Virus record (IMG/VR): IMGVR_UViG_3300021511_000003
Span: 62,001-126,000 of that record
Direction: 5' to 3' (one strand)
DNA: 64,000 nucleotides
Shown here in pieces: positions 48,033-57,967 of the stretch. The position numbers and the translations under genes are program-made. Under the pieces are notes generated by a model. That model was not told where the DNA came from and searched no databases. It saw nothing but the letters and a program-made list of their open reading frames with translations. Position 1 is the first letter of the stretch. Every line of letters begins with the position of its first letter.

Positions 48033-49018
48033 TTTGATGTCATAGCTTTCTTATATGCTTGTAATGATTTAAAAATATCAAAAACCATCGCCATAAAATG
48101 CATATGGGGTATTAAACACCCTTGATGACTATTTGAATATTTATTAATAATTATCTTTGCGGGTGCAGGAATTTTATTCATAAAAAATAATTCTGTATAA
48201 ACATTTCTATATTCAAGATCTTGTGCAGATAATACATCAATTACTTTATTAATAATTGGACCTATTTTATTATCTTCACCCTTTGTAATACAACTAATAA
48301 TCTCAACAATATATGAAATTAAAACTCTCTCATTTGTTATAACTGAATCTTTATCAACAATTAATTTACCATTCCAAGAACTACGTTGAAGAATATTAAT
48401 AATTCTTCTCACATCAGGATATAATTGATTAATAATAAAGGTAATATCTTTTTTATCATATTCAACTTTTTCAGTTTTTAAAACTATTTCACAATAATCA
48501 TGAACAAAATCTTTAGGAATTTGTTGAAATATATAAGGAGTAAATCTACTTTGTACTGGATCTGGGATTTTTGAAACATAATTACAAGTCCAAATAAATC
48601 TTCCATATGCTTTATGATATTTTTCAATAATACCTCTCCAAGAATCATAAGCATCACCTGTAATATTATCAGCCTCATCCATAAATACTATTTTATATCG
48701 ATCACCGCCAGCTGGGGGATGTTTTAAAAATGGTTCCACAACTTGATCAACAAAGTTAATACTTCTTTCCTTTTTTGAAGAACCATTTGCCATTAATAAA
48801 TTATCACTTTTATTTTGAAGTACTCCATTTTTCGAACAAAGAATTAATGCAAGAGTTGTTTTTCCACCACCAGGAGGACCTGAAAATAATAAATTCGGTA
48901 ACATATTTTTTGTAATAATTCTTTCAAAATCTTGAGAATATCTTTCGGGAAGACTAACATCTTTTAAAGTTGCCGGTCTATATTTTTCTACCCACATACT
49001 CGATAGTATATCACTCAT
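48029..49018 (-). CDS. Clamp loader subunit (gp44/RFC-like AAA+)
   Basis: WVEKYRP, GPPGGGKTT, DEAD, CNY..KI...QSRF, PDVR. Confidence 0.92.
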   Translation of the reverse strand: MSDILSSMWVEKYRPATLKDVSLPERYSQDFERIITKNMLPNLLFSGPPGGGKTTLALILCSKNGVLQNKSDNLLMANGSSKKERSINFVDQVVEPFLKHPPAGGDRYKIVFMDEADNITGDAYDSWRGIIEKYHKAYGRFIWTCNYVSKIPDPVQSRFTPYIFQQIPKDFVHDYCEIVLKTEKVEYDKKDITFIINQLYPDVRRIINILQRSSWNGKLIVDKDSVITNERVLISYIVEIISCITKGEDNKIGPIINKVIDVLSAQDLEYRNVYTELFFMNKIPAPAKIIINKYSNSHQGCLIPHMHFMAMVFDIFKSLQAYKKAMTSK

Positions 49019-49029
49019 TTATATCTCCT

Positions 49030-49425
49030 TTAACATTTATATGCGTTATCACTATTCAATAACATCTGAGTATAAAATTGATTTTGTATTAATTCATTAG
49101 ATATTTTTTCAATTTTAGTTTTCTCTATAAGTTTAAATGCTTTATCTCCTAATATACATTCATTATTTGCATTAAAAATAAATGATTCCATTACATCTAC
49201 ATCCCTGTTAATTTCACTAAGTATTAATGCTAGATTAGCTGCTTTATCTGGTTTAATAGTAGCCTGAAATGAAACAGCTAAGTTTTCTTCTTTCGTACTT
49301 GCAAATAAGATCATTTCTTCAACATAAAAAATATGTTCATTACATCTTTCTTTTGATGGGTAATCAGTAAAAATTTTCAAGCCATATTCATTCATTTTAT
49401 ATTTAATCTTTTCAACAAATGTCAT
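49030..49425 (-). CDS. Hypothetical protein
   Basis: SD GAGGAG before MTFVEK. Confidence 0.65.
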   Translation of the reverse strand: MTFVEKIKYKMNEYGLKIFTDYPSKERCNEHIFYVEEMILFASTKEENLAVSFQATIKPDKAANLALILSEINRDVDVMESFIFNANNECILGDKAFKLIEKTKIEKISNELIQNQFYTQMLLNSDNAYKC

Positions 49426-49494
49426 ATAATACTCCTCTAAAATGTTATTTAATATTATGTTCCTAATAGTGAATAATTCATCCAATAAAAAATA

Positions 49495-49698
49495 TCATTT
49501 TTTTGGAATATGAGTAGCTCTGGAACAAGGATAACCTAAATCCTTGAACCAGAACCATTCACAACTCGGATATATTGAAAAACTACAACAAAGTTTATTA
49601 TCGTATATTCGCTTGAAAATATATTCACACCCTTTGCATTCTTTAACAATTTCTTCAAAGTCGTTACAAGTGAATTTACACACAATATTTATCCTCAC
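49495..49698 (-). CDS. Small Cys-rich hypothetical protein
   Basis: 67-aa ORF. Confidence 0.5.
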   Translation of the reverse strand: MRINIVCKFTCNDFEEIVKECKGCEYIFKRIYDNKLCCSFSIYPSCEWFWFKDLGYPCSRATHIPKK

Positions 49699-49710
49699 TT
49701 GGGTTCCTGT

Positions 49711-50967
49711 CTACCCATAATAGTTATATATAATAAATAATTTTTTACTTGATCTTGTTATTGCAGTATAAAGCCATCGAGCATAATATTCGTCATCCCA
49801 ATAATTAGATCTTTGTTCAAATACAATTACTTTTTCCCATTCAGATCCTTGTGATTTATGCACACTCATGGTGTAACCATAATCGAAAAAGTCAACTCGG
49901 GAAGCTCCTTTTGCTGCTGCATATTTTTGCTGTTGTTTTAAATGTTTGGTACCATCATACATGGTATATGTTACCTCACCAAAACATTTAGGAGACACCA
50001 TACATTCAATAGGATCAGGGTCTCCTAAATCAATTGTCATTCGATATAAACCATAATTTTCAGGCATTAACCATTGAATTGTACCTATCTGCCCATTCAT
50101 AATTTTTATATCATGATTATTTACAAGGCATACAATTCGCTCACCCGGATATGGAATTTTATTTTTTGAATATTTAAGTTTCCTTCGTATCTTATTGTTT
50201 AGATTACATCTTGTTGTATTAAACCCACATAAAGTAATCAAATTATCATCAAATATAACTTTATTTTCCCAAATTTCTTTACAGTGTTTATTATTCCAGT
50301 TCAGTCTGAATACATCTTTGGAGAAAAACTTGTTGTTTTGTGGTATATACCCTTCTTCTCTAACTATTTTAGATAATGCGATTATAGGTGAATTCATTGC
50401 CTGTCTATGAATTTCAGTTAATTGAAAATCTGTATGTGTCAATAAATTGAATTGATCGCCAACAGGCGGTAATTGCCCATGATCACCAACTCCTATGATT
50501 GGTTTGTTAAATTTATTCAGATCGTCCCATATTTGTTTTGAAACCATTGATGCTTCATCAATTATAATAATATCAATATAAACTTCATCTTTATTTTTTA
50601 ATTCCCATCCTATTATAACATGTGTTTTTAAGTCGGGATCATATCTAGTTTTTGCTTTATATATCAACCCATGAATAGTTCCTATATAATCTTTTGGATA
50701 TATAACATTAGCATTTTCTAATTTTCTCTGTAAAACAGATGATGCTTTACCAGTAAAGGTTACAAAAGAAACATTAACACATGGAAAATATTTATTTATT
50801 TCTTTTCTTAATTCACATAATAAAGTTGTTTTACCAGTACCTGCAAATCCACCAACTGTTAAAACAAATGGATTACAGAAAAATGAAGTCTTACGACTCA
50901 TCCCATTGGATTCCAATTGACTTATTATAGCATCAACTATCTTTTGTTGTTCCAGTGTTAATTCCAA
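49711..50967 (-). CDS. SF1B helicase (RecD2/Dda-like)
   Basis: GFAGTGKT, TGKAS, TIH, DEASMV, GDHGQLPPV, LTEIHRQ, HKSQGSEW, YTAITR. Confidence 0.92.
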   Translation of the reverse strand: MELTLEQQKIVDAIISQLESNGMSRKTSFFCNPFVLTVGGFAGTGKTTLLCELRKEINKYFPCVNVSFVTFTGKASSVLQRKLENANVIYPKDYIGTIHGLIYKAKTRYDPDLKTHVIIGWELKNKDEVYIDIIIIDEASMVSKQIWDDLNKFNKPIIGVGDHGQLPPVGDQFNLLTHTDFQLTEIHRQAMNSPIIALSKIVREEGYIPQNNKFFSKDVFRLNWNNKHCKEIWENKVIFDDNLITLCGFNTTRCNLNNKIRRKLKYSKNKIPYPGERIVCLVNNHDIKIMNGQIGTIQWLMPENYGLYRMTIDLGDPDPIECMVSPKCFGEVTYTMYDGTKHLKQQQKYAAAKGASRVDFFDYGYTMSVHKSQGSEWEKVIVFEQRSNYWDDEYYARWLYTAITRSSKKLFIIYNYYG

Positions 50968-51167
50968 TTTTGTTTTTTATCTCCTTTTTAAGAAATTATT
51001 TTGCACCATCCGATTAACCATGGTATAATAAGCAATAAAATAATTATTGTAATTATAACATAAAAATAAATTCTATATTTATATCTTTCCCATAATATAG
51101 ATAATATTTTAATCACCTCCAATTCATTAAATTGTGTTATATTTCAATATTATGCAAAATTTTATAG

Positions 51168-51250
51168 TTTGTTCCAAAAACTTTATTCAATTATTAATAT
51201 ATATAGATGGAACATATTAATAAGAATAAAATTTTAACTTTAGGAACAAA
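51168..51250. promoter_or_regulatory. Divergent promoter region at the strand switch
   Basis: Class A motif 51193-51206 (-); class B motifs 51168-51175 (-), 51209-51216 (+) and 51243-51250 (+). Confidence 0.55.
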
Positions 51251-51289
51251 CAACAGAATTCAAACATTACATGAAAAAGGAGATTTTTA

Positions 51290-51748
51290 ATGAGTGATAA
51301 CGAAAAAGATATTCAGGCTTTAATTAAACGGTATAGTGAGCAACAAAGTGCATTTCAACCAAACCCTCAATTTACAGGAAATACAAACCAAGGAATTAAT
51401 TCTCATCAAGGTATAGATAACCAGGGTGTTATTAGTAAAAATACACCATTACCACCAGATATAATGATCCCTCCCAAACCAATTGAACCGGTGCCTGTTG
51501 GTAATATATGCCCGCAATGTAATATGATGCATCCTCCACTTAGACCAGGTGAAAAATGTCCTAATGCAATTACAAAGGCTATAAATGAAGAAAGTAGTGA
51601 CCCCACAATCAATATTAATAAATATCTGGTTTCTCTACAAAATATTCTCATAAGTCAAATTGAAATAAAAAAAATTAAGGATATTAAGAAACTTTATGAG
51701 AACATAACCTTAGAAATAACAAAATATTTGGAGGGATATAGCGAATAA
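51290..51748 (+). CDS. Hypothetical protein with a CPQC..H....CP motif
   Basis: SD AAGGAG. Confidence 0.7.
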   Translation: MSDNEKDIQALIKRYSEQQSAFQPNPQFTGNTNQGINSHQGIDNQGVISKNTPLPPDIMIPPKPIEPVPVGNICPQCNMMHPPLRPGEKCPNAITKAINEESSDPTININKYLVSLQNILISQIEIKKIKDIKKLYENITLEITKYLEGYSE

Positions 51749-51820
51749 AGAAGGTAATGAAAGCTTGTGGTCACTATATATTAATTAAAGATTTTGAACA
51801 GGTGAAGGATAATTTATATA

Positions 51821-52024
51821 ATGGTTAATAGTAGAACTTTATGTTTTGATGATGTTGTATTTTTTAATTATAATGGTTCGATACCAATATATAAGTTACT
51901 TGCTTTAAAGTATCATGAAACAATTTACAAAGAAGATTATGTAGTAGATCATGAAAAACAAGAAAGAGATCTTATGAATAATTTAATATCAGAGGATTTT
52001 GGAGGTGTTTTTTACCATGAATAA
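51821..52024 (+). CDS. Hypothetical protein
   Basis: 67 aa; class A-like motif at 51774-51785. Confidence 0.55.
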   Translation: MVNSRTLCFDDVVFFNYNGSIPIYKLLALKYHETIYKEDYVVDHEKQERDLMNNLISEDFGGVFYHE

Positions 52025-52727
52025 AGTAGAAAATTATATCAATGCTTGTACGTTGAATAATATTCGTAAAAATTCTAATGTTCTTGGTATTATAACTAAT
52101 ACAGAAATAGAAGAAAAGGGAAGAGGTATCGGAACTGTAGTATTATTTGTGAATCTTAAGAAAAAATCATATTTTAAATATGGAGATATTATCACATATA
52201 ATAAAAGTAAATTAAAATGGAGTTCAAAACCAGATAAAGATGGATGTAGATTATATTTGATAAATCCATATTGGTGTTCAGCATATAATCATGATATAAA
52301 AATTCCATGTGATGTTGATGTTTTAAAAAGTTATGAAGAAGGCGGAAATAGAAAATATCACATAGAAACTGAAAAAGTATATATGTCTAAAAAACAATAT
52401 ATCAAAAGATATAATATTGAATTATTTGGAGGTGTAAAATATAGAGTTATTTTAGCATGCCAAAATATGTGGGAACGTATTAATATACACAAAGATTATT
52501 ACAGAGCTTTGAATGAAACATCTAAACATTATATGATTGAACATGAACAATTAAAAAGTTATTATGGTAAATATAAAAATGCTGCTGGTGTTGCTGTAAG
52601 GAAATGGGAAAAATTCAAAGTTGAATATTATACACAAAATCAAAATGAGCAAGCTTTACAATTTAAATTGGATGAGTTAAAAAGTAAAAGTGAATCAAAT
52701 ATTATTAATTTTAAAGCTAATATGTGA
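52017..52727 (+). CDS. Hypothetical protein
   Basis: SD GGAGGT before MNKVEN. Confidence 0.7.
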   Translation: MNKVENYINACTLNNIRKNSNVLGIITNTEIEEKGRGIGTVVLFVNLKKKSYFKYGDIITYNKSKLKWSSKPDKDGCRLYLINPYWCSAYNHDIKIPCDVDVLKSYEEGGNRKYHIETEKVYMSKKQYIKRYNIELFGGVKYRVILACQNMWERINIHKDYYRALNETSKHYMIEHEQLKSYYGKYKNAAGVAVRKWEKFKVEYYTQNQNEQALQFKLDELKSKSESNIINFKANM

Positions 52728-52833
52728 TGATTTCAGTTGGAATCCAAGGTAGTTGGGACGAGCCAGCTTATAATATATGTAATATATATTATAGCTAATG
52801 ATCTAAGTATATAATAGATGAAATAATATAAAG

Positions 52834-53025
52834 AGTAATAAAAGGAATTAGATTAAAAAATAATTTCAAAAAAAGTATAAGTACAAAAACAACTATTAAA
52901 CTAAAGATATAAATTCAAAAATACAAATAGTAATAAAAGGAATTAGATTAAAAAATAATTTCAAAAAAAGTATAAGTACAAAAACAACTATTAAACTAAA
53001 GATATAAATTCAAAAATACAAATAG
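52834..53025. repeat. 95-bp perfect tandem duplication, strongly A-rich
   Basis: Copies start at 52834 and 52929. Confidence 0.9.
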
Positions 53026-53144
53026 AACCTGACGGTTCAAGTACTTCTCATAAGGCCCTACTCGGGCAGAGCAACCCTTCGGGTTGATCAAGGGCGCTAA
53101 TGGAACAAATGAATATTAAAGAAATAAATTCAAAGGAGATTTAG

Positions 53145-55076
53145 ATGTACGAAAATAAAGAAAATATAGAATGGTTTAGTCAGACCTTAATGACTTACAA
53201 GGATAAGGTATATGGAACCGATGGTTATTTAAGAATTTCATTGTCTACAAATACTGAAGATTATAAGTTCTTTAATCCACCTTTATTCAACCTTTCAATT
53301 AGCAATAACTATCAAAAAAGCTATAACCTCAACTATCATAATGCAAGTGATCTATTACAAACTTTACGTTTAGTCAAAACTCAAACGAATGGTAATAACT
53401 CTGAAATTCAGAGAAAATATCAAAAGAATATGATGTTATATATCAAATTCTTTGTAGAGAGTAATAATAAAAATTCAGTTGTAGATATAAGATTATTATC
53501 AAACGAAACAGATTTTACGAAGATTATAATTCCAGTTGAAATATTTGCAACTTTAGGAAAATGTTTAAGATATTATGTAGATAATTTTTTTGAACTATGT
53601 ACTAAATTATTAGGTCAATCAATACAATCAAAATCAAATCAGATAATACATCAATTACCATCATTAATAAAAGGGATATCATCTCAGATTGTAGGGCAAG
53701 AAATATCTCCAGATTCCCCCAGGTCGGCGCCTGAGGTTGTAGAACATGCCGTAAAAACTAAAGCAACAATTGCTGATTTAGATAAGTTTTTGGGTGATGA
53801 TATGGAAAATATTACGGTAGCTGAATTAGAAGAAAAAAAGAAACCTCTTGTTGAAGTTGATAGTATATTTGTAAAACGTGTATTAAAAAATGATTTATCA
53901 AATTTTGAAAGTATGTTAAATAATCACTCGATCAATCCAGATCCAATTTTAACGTTATCAAACGAAATTCAAAATACCATTGAACCATATATAAAGGGTG
54001 AATTTTCAATGTTACCAGGGATTAGTGATGATGATATGAAATCATTATTATATATGTCTAAAGTGTTCTATAATACGTCATATTTAAATCATTTGATAAA
54101 TAATAAGGCATTACCATTAAGTATACCTGTATTTAAATATAATAATAAAATTCGAACTCCTGAAAATCAAGAAATCGCATATGATTTATTTCTTTTTAGT
54201 TTATATATTCGTTGTATTAGAAGTCGTCTTGAAGGTAAAACAAGCGATATTATTACAAATAAGGCGTTGTTTCATATTCAATTACGATGTTTTACAGATG
54301 TTTTTGTATTTAGTTTTATAGGTAAAGATGATATTGAAAATTTAAATTCTATAATTTCAAATCGTTATAAATATTTTGATAGTATTGGTGTATTTGATAA
54401 ATATAAACAAATGCTTATAGATAATAAATGCCCTGAAATTAAAGATTTTAATATTTCATCTGCTGTAGATGAAGTAATTGATAAGGTCATTGGTAAATGT
54501 CTTAATATTATGAATTTACATGATAAAGTACATGATAATTTCAGATTACCATCTAAGAATACCTTTAATTTAGAACAAATTATAAATGAGATTATTCCAC
54601 TTGAAGTCGCTGAAAAAATAGGAAAGGATATAACAAATAAAGAAGTATTTGACGAAATTGATAAAAATACCCCAATTTCAAATGAGATTTCAAATTTTTT
54701 CTTTAAAAATAAAACTAAAGTTGGAATAAAAAAAGAAAATATATTTAGTAGTAATCTTGAAAGAATAGTTAATTTTTATTCAGATGAAATACCTGAACAG
54801 TATAAAGATAACTTTATTGAATGGATAAAAAGTCATTCTGAAATTAAAATTGATTTATCAAAAGATGAATTTCCATTTGATGAATTTGGAGATAATATTG
54901 TTAGAGCATTATATTTATGGGACCCACAAGGTGATCCTAAAACTACAAAAAGTTATAAATATTTTCAGATGAAAATACAAGAAGAATTAATGGAAAAGAA
55001 ATTAATCTTGGCAAAAATAAACGTCGAAGATAATAAAGAAAGTAATTCTGGTGATTGGAATTTTTTATCTGAATAA
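53145..55076 (+). CDS. Large hypothetical protein (643 aa)
   Basis: SD AAGGAG; class B motif at 53102. Confidence 0.8.
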   Translation: MYENKENIEWFSQTLMTYKDKVYGTDGYLRISLSTNTEDYKFFNPPLFNLSISNNYQKSYNLNYHNASDLLQTLRLVKTQTNGNNSEIQRKYQKNMMLYIKFFVESNNKNSVVDIRLLSNETDFTKIIIPVEIFATLGKCLRYYVDNFFELCTKLLGQSIQSKSNQIIHQLPSLIKGISSQIVGQEISPDSPRSAPEVVEHAVKTKATIADLDKFLGDDMENITVAELEEKKKPLVEVDSIFVKRVLKNDLSNFESMLNNHSINPDPILTLSNEIQNTIEPYIKGEFSMLPGISDDDMKSLLYMSKVFYNTSYLNHLINNKALPLSIPVFKYNNKIRTPENQEIAYDLFLFSLYIRCIRSRLEGKTSDIITNKALFHIQLRCFTDVFVFSFIGKDDIENLNSIISNRYKYFDSIGVFDKYKQMLIDNKCPEIKDFNISSAVDEVIDKVIGKCLNIMNLHDKVHDNFRLPSKNTFNLEQIINEIIPLEVAEKIGKDITNKEVFDEIDKNTPISNEISNFFFKNKTKVGIKKENIFSSNLERIVNFYSDEIPEQYKDNFIEWIKSHSEIKIDLSKDEFPFDEFGDNIVRALYLWDPQGDPKTTKSYKYFQMKIQEELMEKKLILAKINVEDNKESNSGDWNFLSE

Positions 55077-55084
55077 GGAGTTAA

Positions 55085-55708
55085 TTGCGAATGAGTTTGA
55101 ATCTTGGAAAATCATTTAATAGAAGTTATAATTTACGAATACCATTTCTTGATGGTTTTTACAATATTGGAATTTTTCTTAATAAAAAATCAACATTTCT
55201 TTTATTTAGTGTTGATCAAGCAATTAGATGTGGAGGTAGTGAAGGTATTAAAATAAATATGTACAAAAATCTTGAGTCATCAAAATTTTGTGAAACATTT
55301 CTTGAACTTCACAATTTTAGAAAGAGTACATTAGATATTTTAAATCAATTCAAAAATATTAAAGCAGAATATTATCATGAAATTTCATTTGTAATGAATG
55401 AGAGTATTAATTTTTCGAAGATTGAGATAGATGATAAAACTTTGTTTGATTGTTTAAATATTTATGGATTTACTTTAAATTCATACCAAAATGAATTTTT
55501 ATTTATAATAACTGAACGTCAGAATATTGTTAAAAAACTTAATAGAAAAATTGTAAGAACCAGTGGAGTACAAATTGCTACATCTCAAGCATTGCATATG
55601 TTGAATGACTATCATGAAGAAAGTAAAAATTCTGGAAAAGCGGGATTTGAACAAATAGTACCTACGGATATTTTGCATAAAAAGATTATTAAGTTGGATG
55701 AAGAATAA
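55085..55708 (+). CDS. Hypothetical protein
   Basis: 207-aa ORF. Confidence 0.7.
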   Translation: MRMSLNLGKSFNRSYNLRIPFLDGFYNIGIFLNKKSTFLLFSVDQAIRCGGSEGIKINMYKNLESSKFCETFLELHNFRKSTLDILNQFKNIKAEYYHEISFVMNESINFSKIEIDDKTLFDCLNIYGFTLNSYQNEFLFIITERQNIVKKLNRKIVRTSGVQIATSQALHMLNDYHEESKNSGKAGFEQIVPTDILHKKIIKLDEE

Positions 55709-55711
55709 ATA

Positions 55712-56719
55712 ATGTTTTGTGAGTACGGTTGTGGTCAGGAAGCAAAATTTGAAATGAAGAATGGTAAGTGGTGTTGTTCACATCATTGGAATGCTTGTCC
55801 GGAAGTAAAAAAGAATAGACTTGGTAAAAAAAGAAGTGAAGAATCAAAGAAAAAAATGAGTGAGTCACATAAAGGGAAACAACCATGGAATAAAGGTTTA
55901 AAAGATATATACTCAGAAGAAAGTAAAAGAAAAATGGGTAAACCAAGATTTGCTTCTGATAATCCTTTTTTTGGGAAGAAACATACCAGAGAAAGTAAAG
56001 AAAAAATGTCTTTAAAAAGAAAAGGTAAGACATATGAACAAATATACAATAAGGAAACTGCTACAAAAATAATAAACATAAGAAAAGATAAATCATACGA
56101 TCAAATTTATGGACATGAACGTTCATTAATAATAAGAAGTAAACAAAGTAAATCAATGAAATGTAGTGATAGAATTTATAAGAAAATTACAATATCGTAC
56201 TTAAATAAAAGATATTCATTTTTTTCAAAAATAGAAGAAATGAGATATAATCCATATAATAAAAAGGAAATTCAAGTTCATTGTAAAAATTATAATTGTA
56301 AAAACTCTAAAGAACAAAATGGTTGGTTTACTCCTACATATATTCAACTTTATGAAAGAATAAGACAAATAGAAAAAGATTATGGTAATGGTGGTTGTTA
56401 TTTTTATTGTTGTGAAGAATGTAAAGGAGAATGTCCATTATATAGATTAAGAAGTGATCCATTTCAAGAAACTACAAAATCATATACACAATCTGAATAT
56501 CAACAATTTAGAAAATTTGTATTGGAAAGAGATAACTACATTTGTCAATACTGTGGTGAAAAAGCAGACTATGTTCATCATGAAAGACCTCAAAAATTAG
56601 AACCATTTTTTGCACTTGATCCAGATTTAGCATGGTCTGTATGTAAAAAGTGTCATTATAAATGTGGACATAAAAATGAATGTAATACAGGAAACTTATC
56701 AAATATAGTTTGTAAATAA
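55712..56719 (+). CDS. HNH homing endonuclease with NUMOD3 repeats
   Basis: Family N- and C-termini; NPFFGKKHT.ESK.KMS. Confidence 0.85.
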   Translation: MFCEYGCGQEAKFEMKNGKWCCSHHWNACPEVKKNRLGKKRSEESKKKMSESHKGKQPWNKGLKDIYSEESKRKMGKPRFASDNPFFGKKHTRESKEKMSLKRKGKTYEQIYNKETATKIINIRKDKSYDQIYGHERSLIIRSKQSKSMKCSDRIYKKITISYLNKRYSFFSKIEEMRYNPYNKKEIQVHCKNYNCKNSKEQNGWFTPTYIQLYERIRQIEKDYGNGGCYFYCCEECKGECPLYRLRSDPFQETTKSYTQSEYQQFRKFVLERDNYICQYCGEKADYVHHERPQKLEPFFALDPDLAWSVCKKCHYKCGHKNECNTGNLSNIVCK

Positions 56720-56730
56720 GAGGAAAAAAT

Positions 56731-57966
56731 ATGGGAGCAGATCCACAGGGGTTATCTTCACCTCAACGAGAGATGTATTTTTTTATACATAATGTCTATG
56801 CGAATTTTTTTAAAGATAGTCTTGATTATTTTTCTTTACATTTATATCCTAGATTTGAACATAGAGTTGTGGCTACATATGATAAGGCAGTTGAGTATAT
56901 AACAAAGACATGTCAATATAATAGAGAAATGGATCGTCCAACCCTGCCCGCATTAGTTTTAAATCCATCTGGTGAGTTCGATGTAGCTGATGCTAATGCT
57001 GGTGGACGTCAACTTTGGAGGTTCCCTAATTTAGCTCCTGGTATGATCAAAAGAATATTTGATCCTGTATATCAAGATGAAAATAATAAAGTAACAGTTG
57101 GTTTCATTAGAATGCAGGGTGATATTGAATTGATAATGTTACTTAATAGTTTTTATGAATATTGTGATATGAGAATGTTGACACTTCAAATATTTGGTGG
57201 TTATGAAAGATGGATATATCCACAATATTTTACAACTTTTGTTATTCTCCCAGAAGAATTTGTCAACTACGAATATTATAATCCATATACAGGATTAAAA
57301 TATAAATTAGATTGGACAAGTTCTGGAGCTTATGATAAGATAGTTAAATCTACAGCAAAAAATGAACTGGTCATACCGTGTAATATTAAACCAATATACA
57401 AATTAACGAGTGTTAGTGATGCAAGTTCAAGATATGGTGGAACTGATAATCTTGCTGATTGGAGATTGACTGCTACAATTAGATATGAAATCGAAATACC
57501 ATCATATTTAATATTAGAATCAGATTGGTTAGTAAAAGAAATGTCAATTAATCTTAAAGCCGGATCTACATATTCACATTATTCAAATTATGATGTTCCT
57601 GATTTTCAAATTAAAGGAAATGTTAAAAGAGATTGGGGATTAGATGAAACATCAAATTCTACATTAATATTGGATGGGACTTGTGAAGAAACTATGACAC
57701 ATGATGAACATTCATATGTATTTAATACAAGATATTTTCATACTATTAATCAAACACAAATTGATTCAACTGGAGATTTATTAATATCTTTACCTGAACC
57801 TGTTGACGATTTAGCAGGATTTATTGTAAATAGTAAATATGGTCCGATGGATTATGGCGATCATTATTTAATTTCTGATGATGGTGAAGTATTAACTATA
57901 AAAAAAGATACAGTTGAATTAAAAGATGGAATGGTTATTGAATTATATTTTTATAAGAGGGTATAA
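56731..57966 (+). CDS. Putative virion structural protein
   Basis: 411-aa beta-rich ORF; function not recognised. Confidence 0.5.
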   Translation: MGADPQGLSSPQREMYFFIHNVYANFFKDSLDYFSLHLYPRFEHRVVATYDKAVEYITKTCQYNREMDRPTLPALVLNPSGEFDVADANAGGRQLWRFPNLAPGMIKRIFDPVYQDENNKVTVGFIRMQGDIELIMLLNSFYEYCDMRMLTLQIFGGYERWIYPQYFTTFVILPEEFVNYEYYNPYTGLKYKLDWTSSGAYDKIVKSTAKNELVIPCNIKPIYKLTSVSDASSRYGGTDNLADWRLTATIRYEIEIPSYLILESDWLVKEMSINLKAGSTYSHYSNYDVPDFQIKGNVKRDWGLDETSNSTLILDGTCEETMTHDEHSYVFNTRYFHTINQTQIDSTGDLLISLPEPVDDLAGFIVNSKYGPMDYGDHYLISDDGEVLTIKKDTVELKDGMVIELYFYKRV

Positions 57967-57967
57967 A

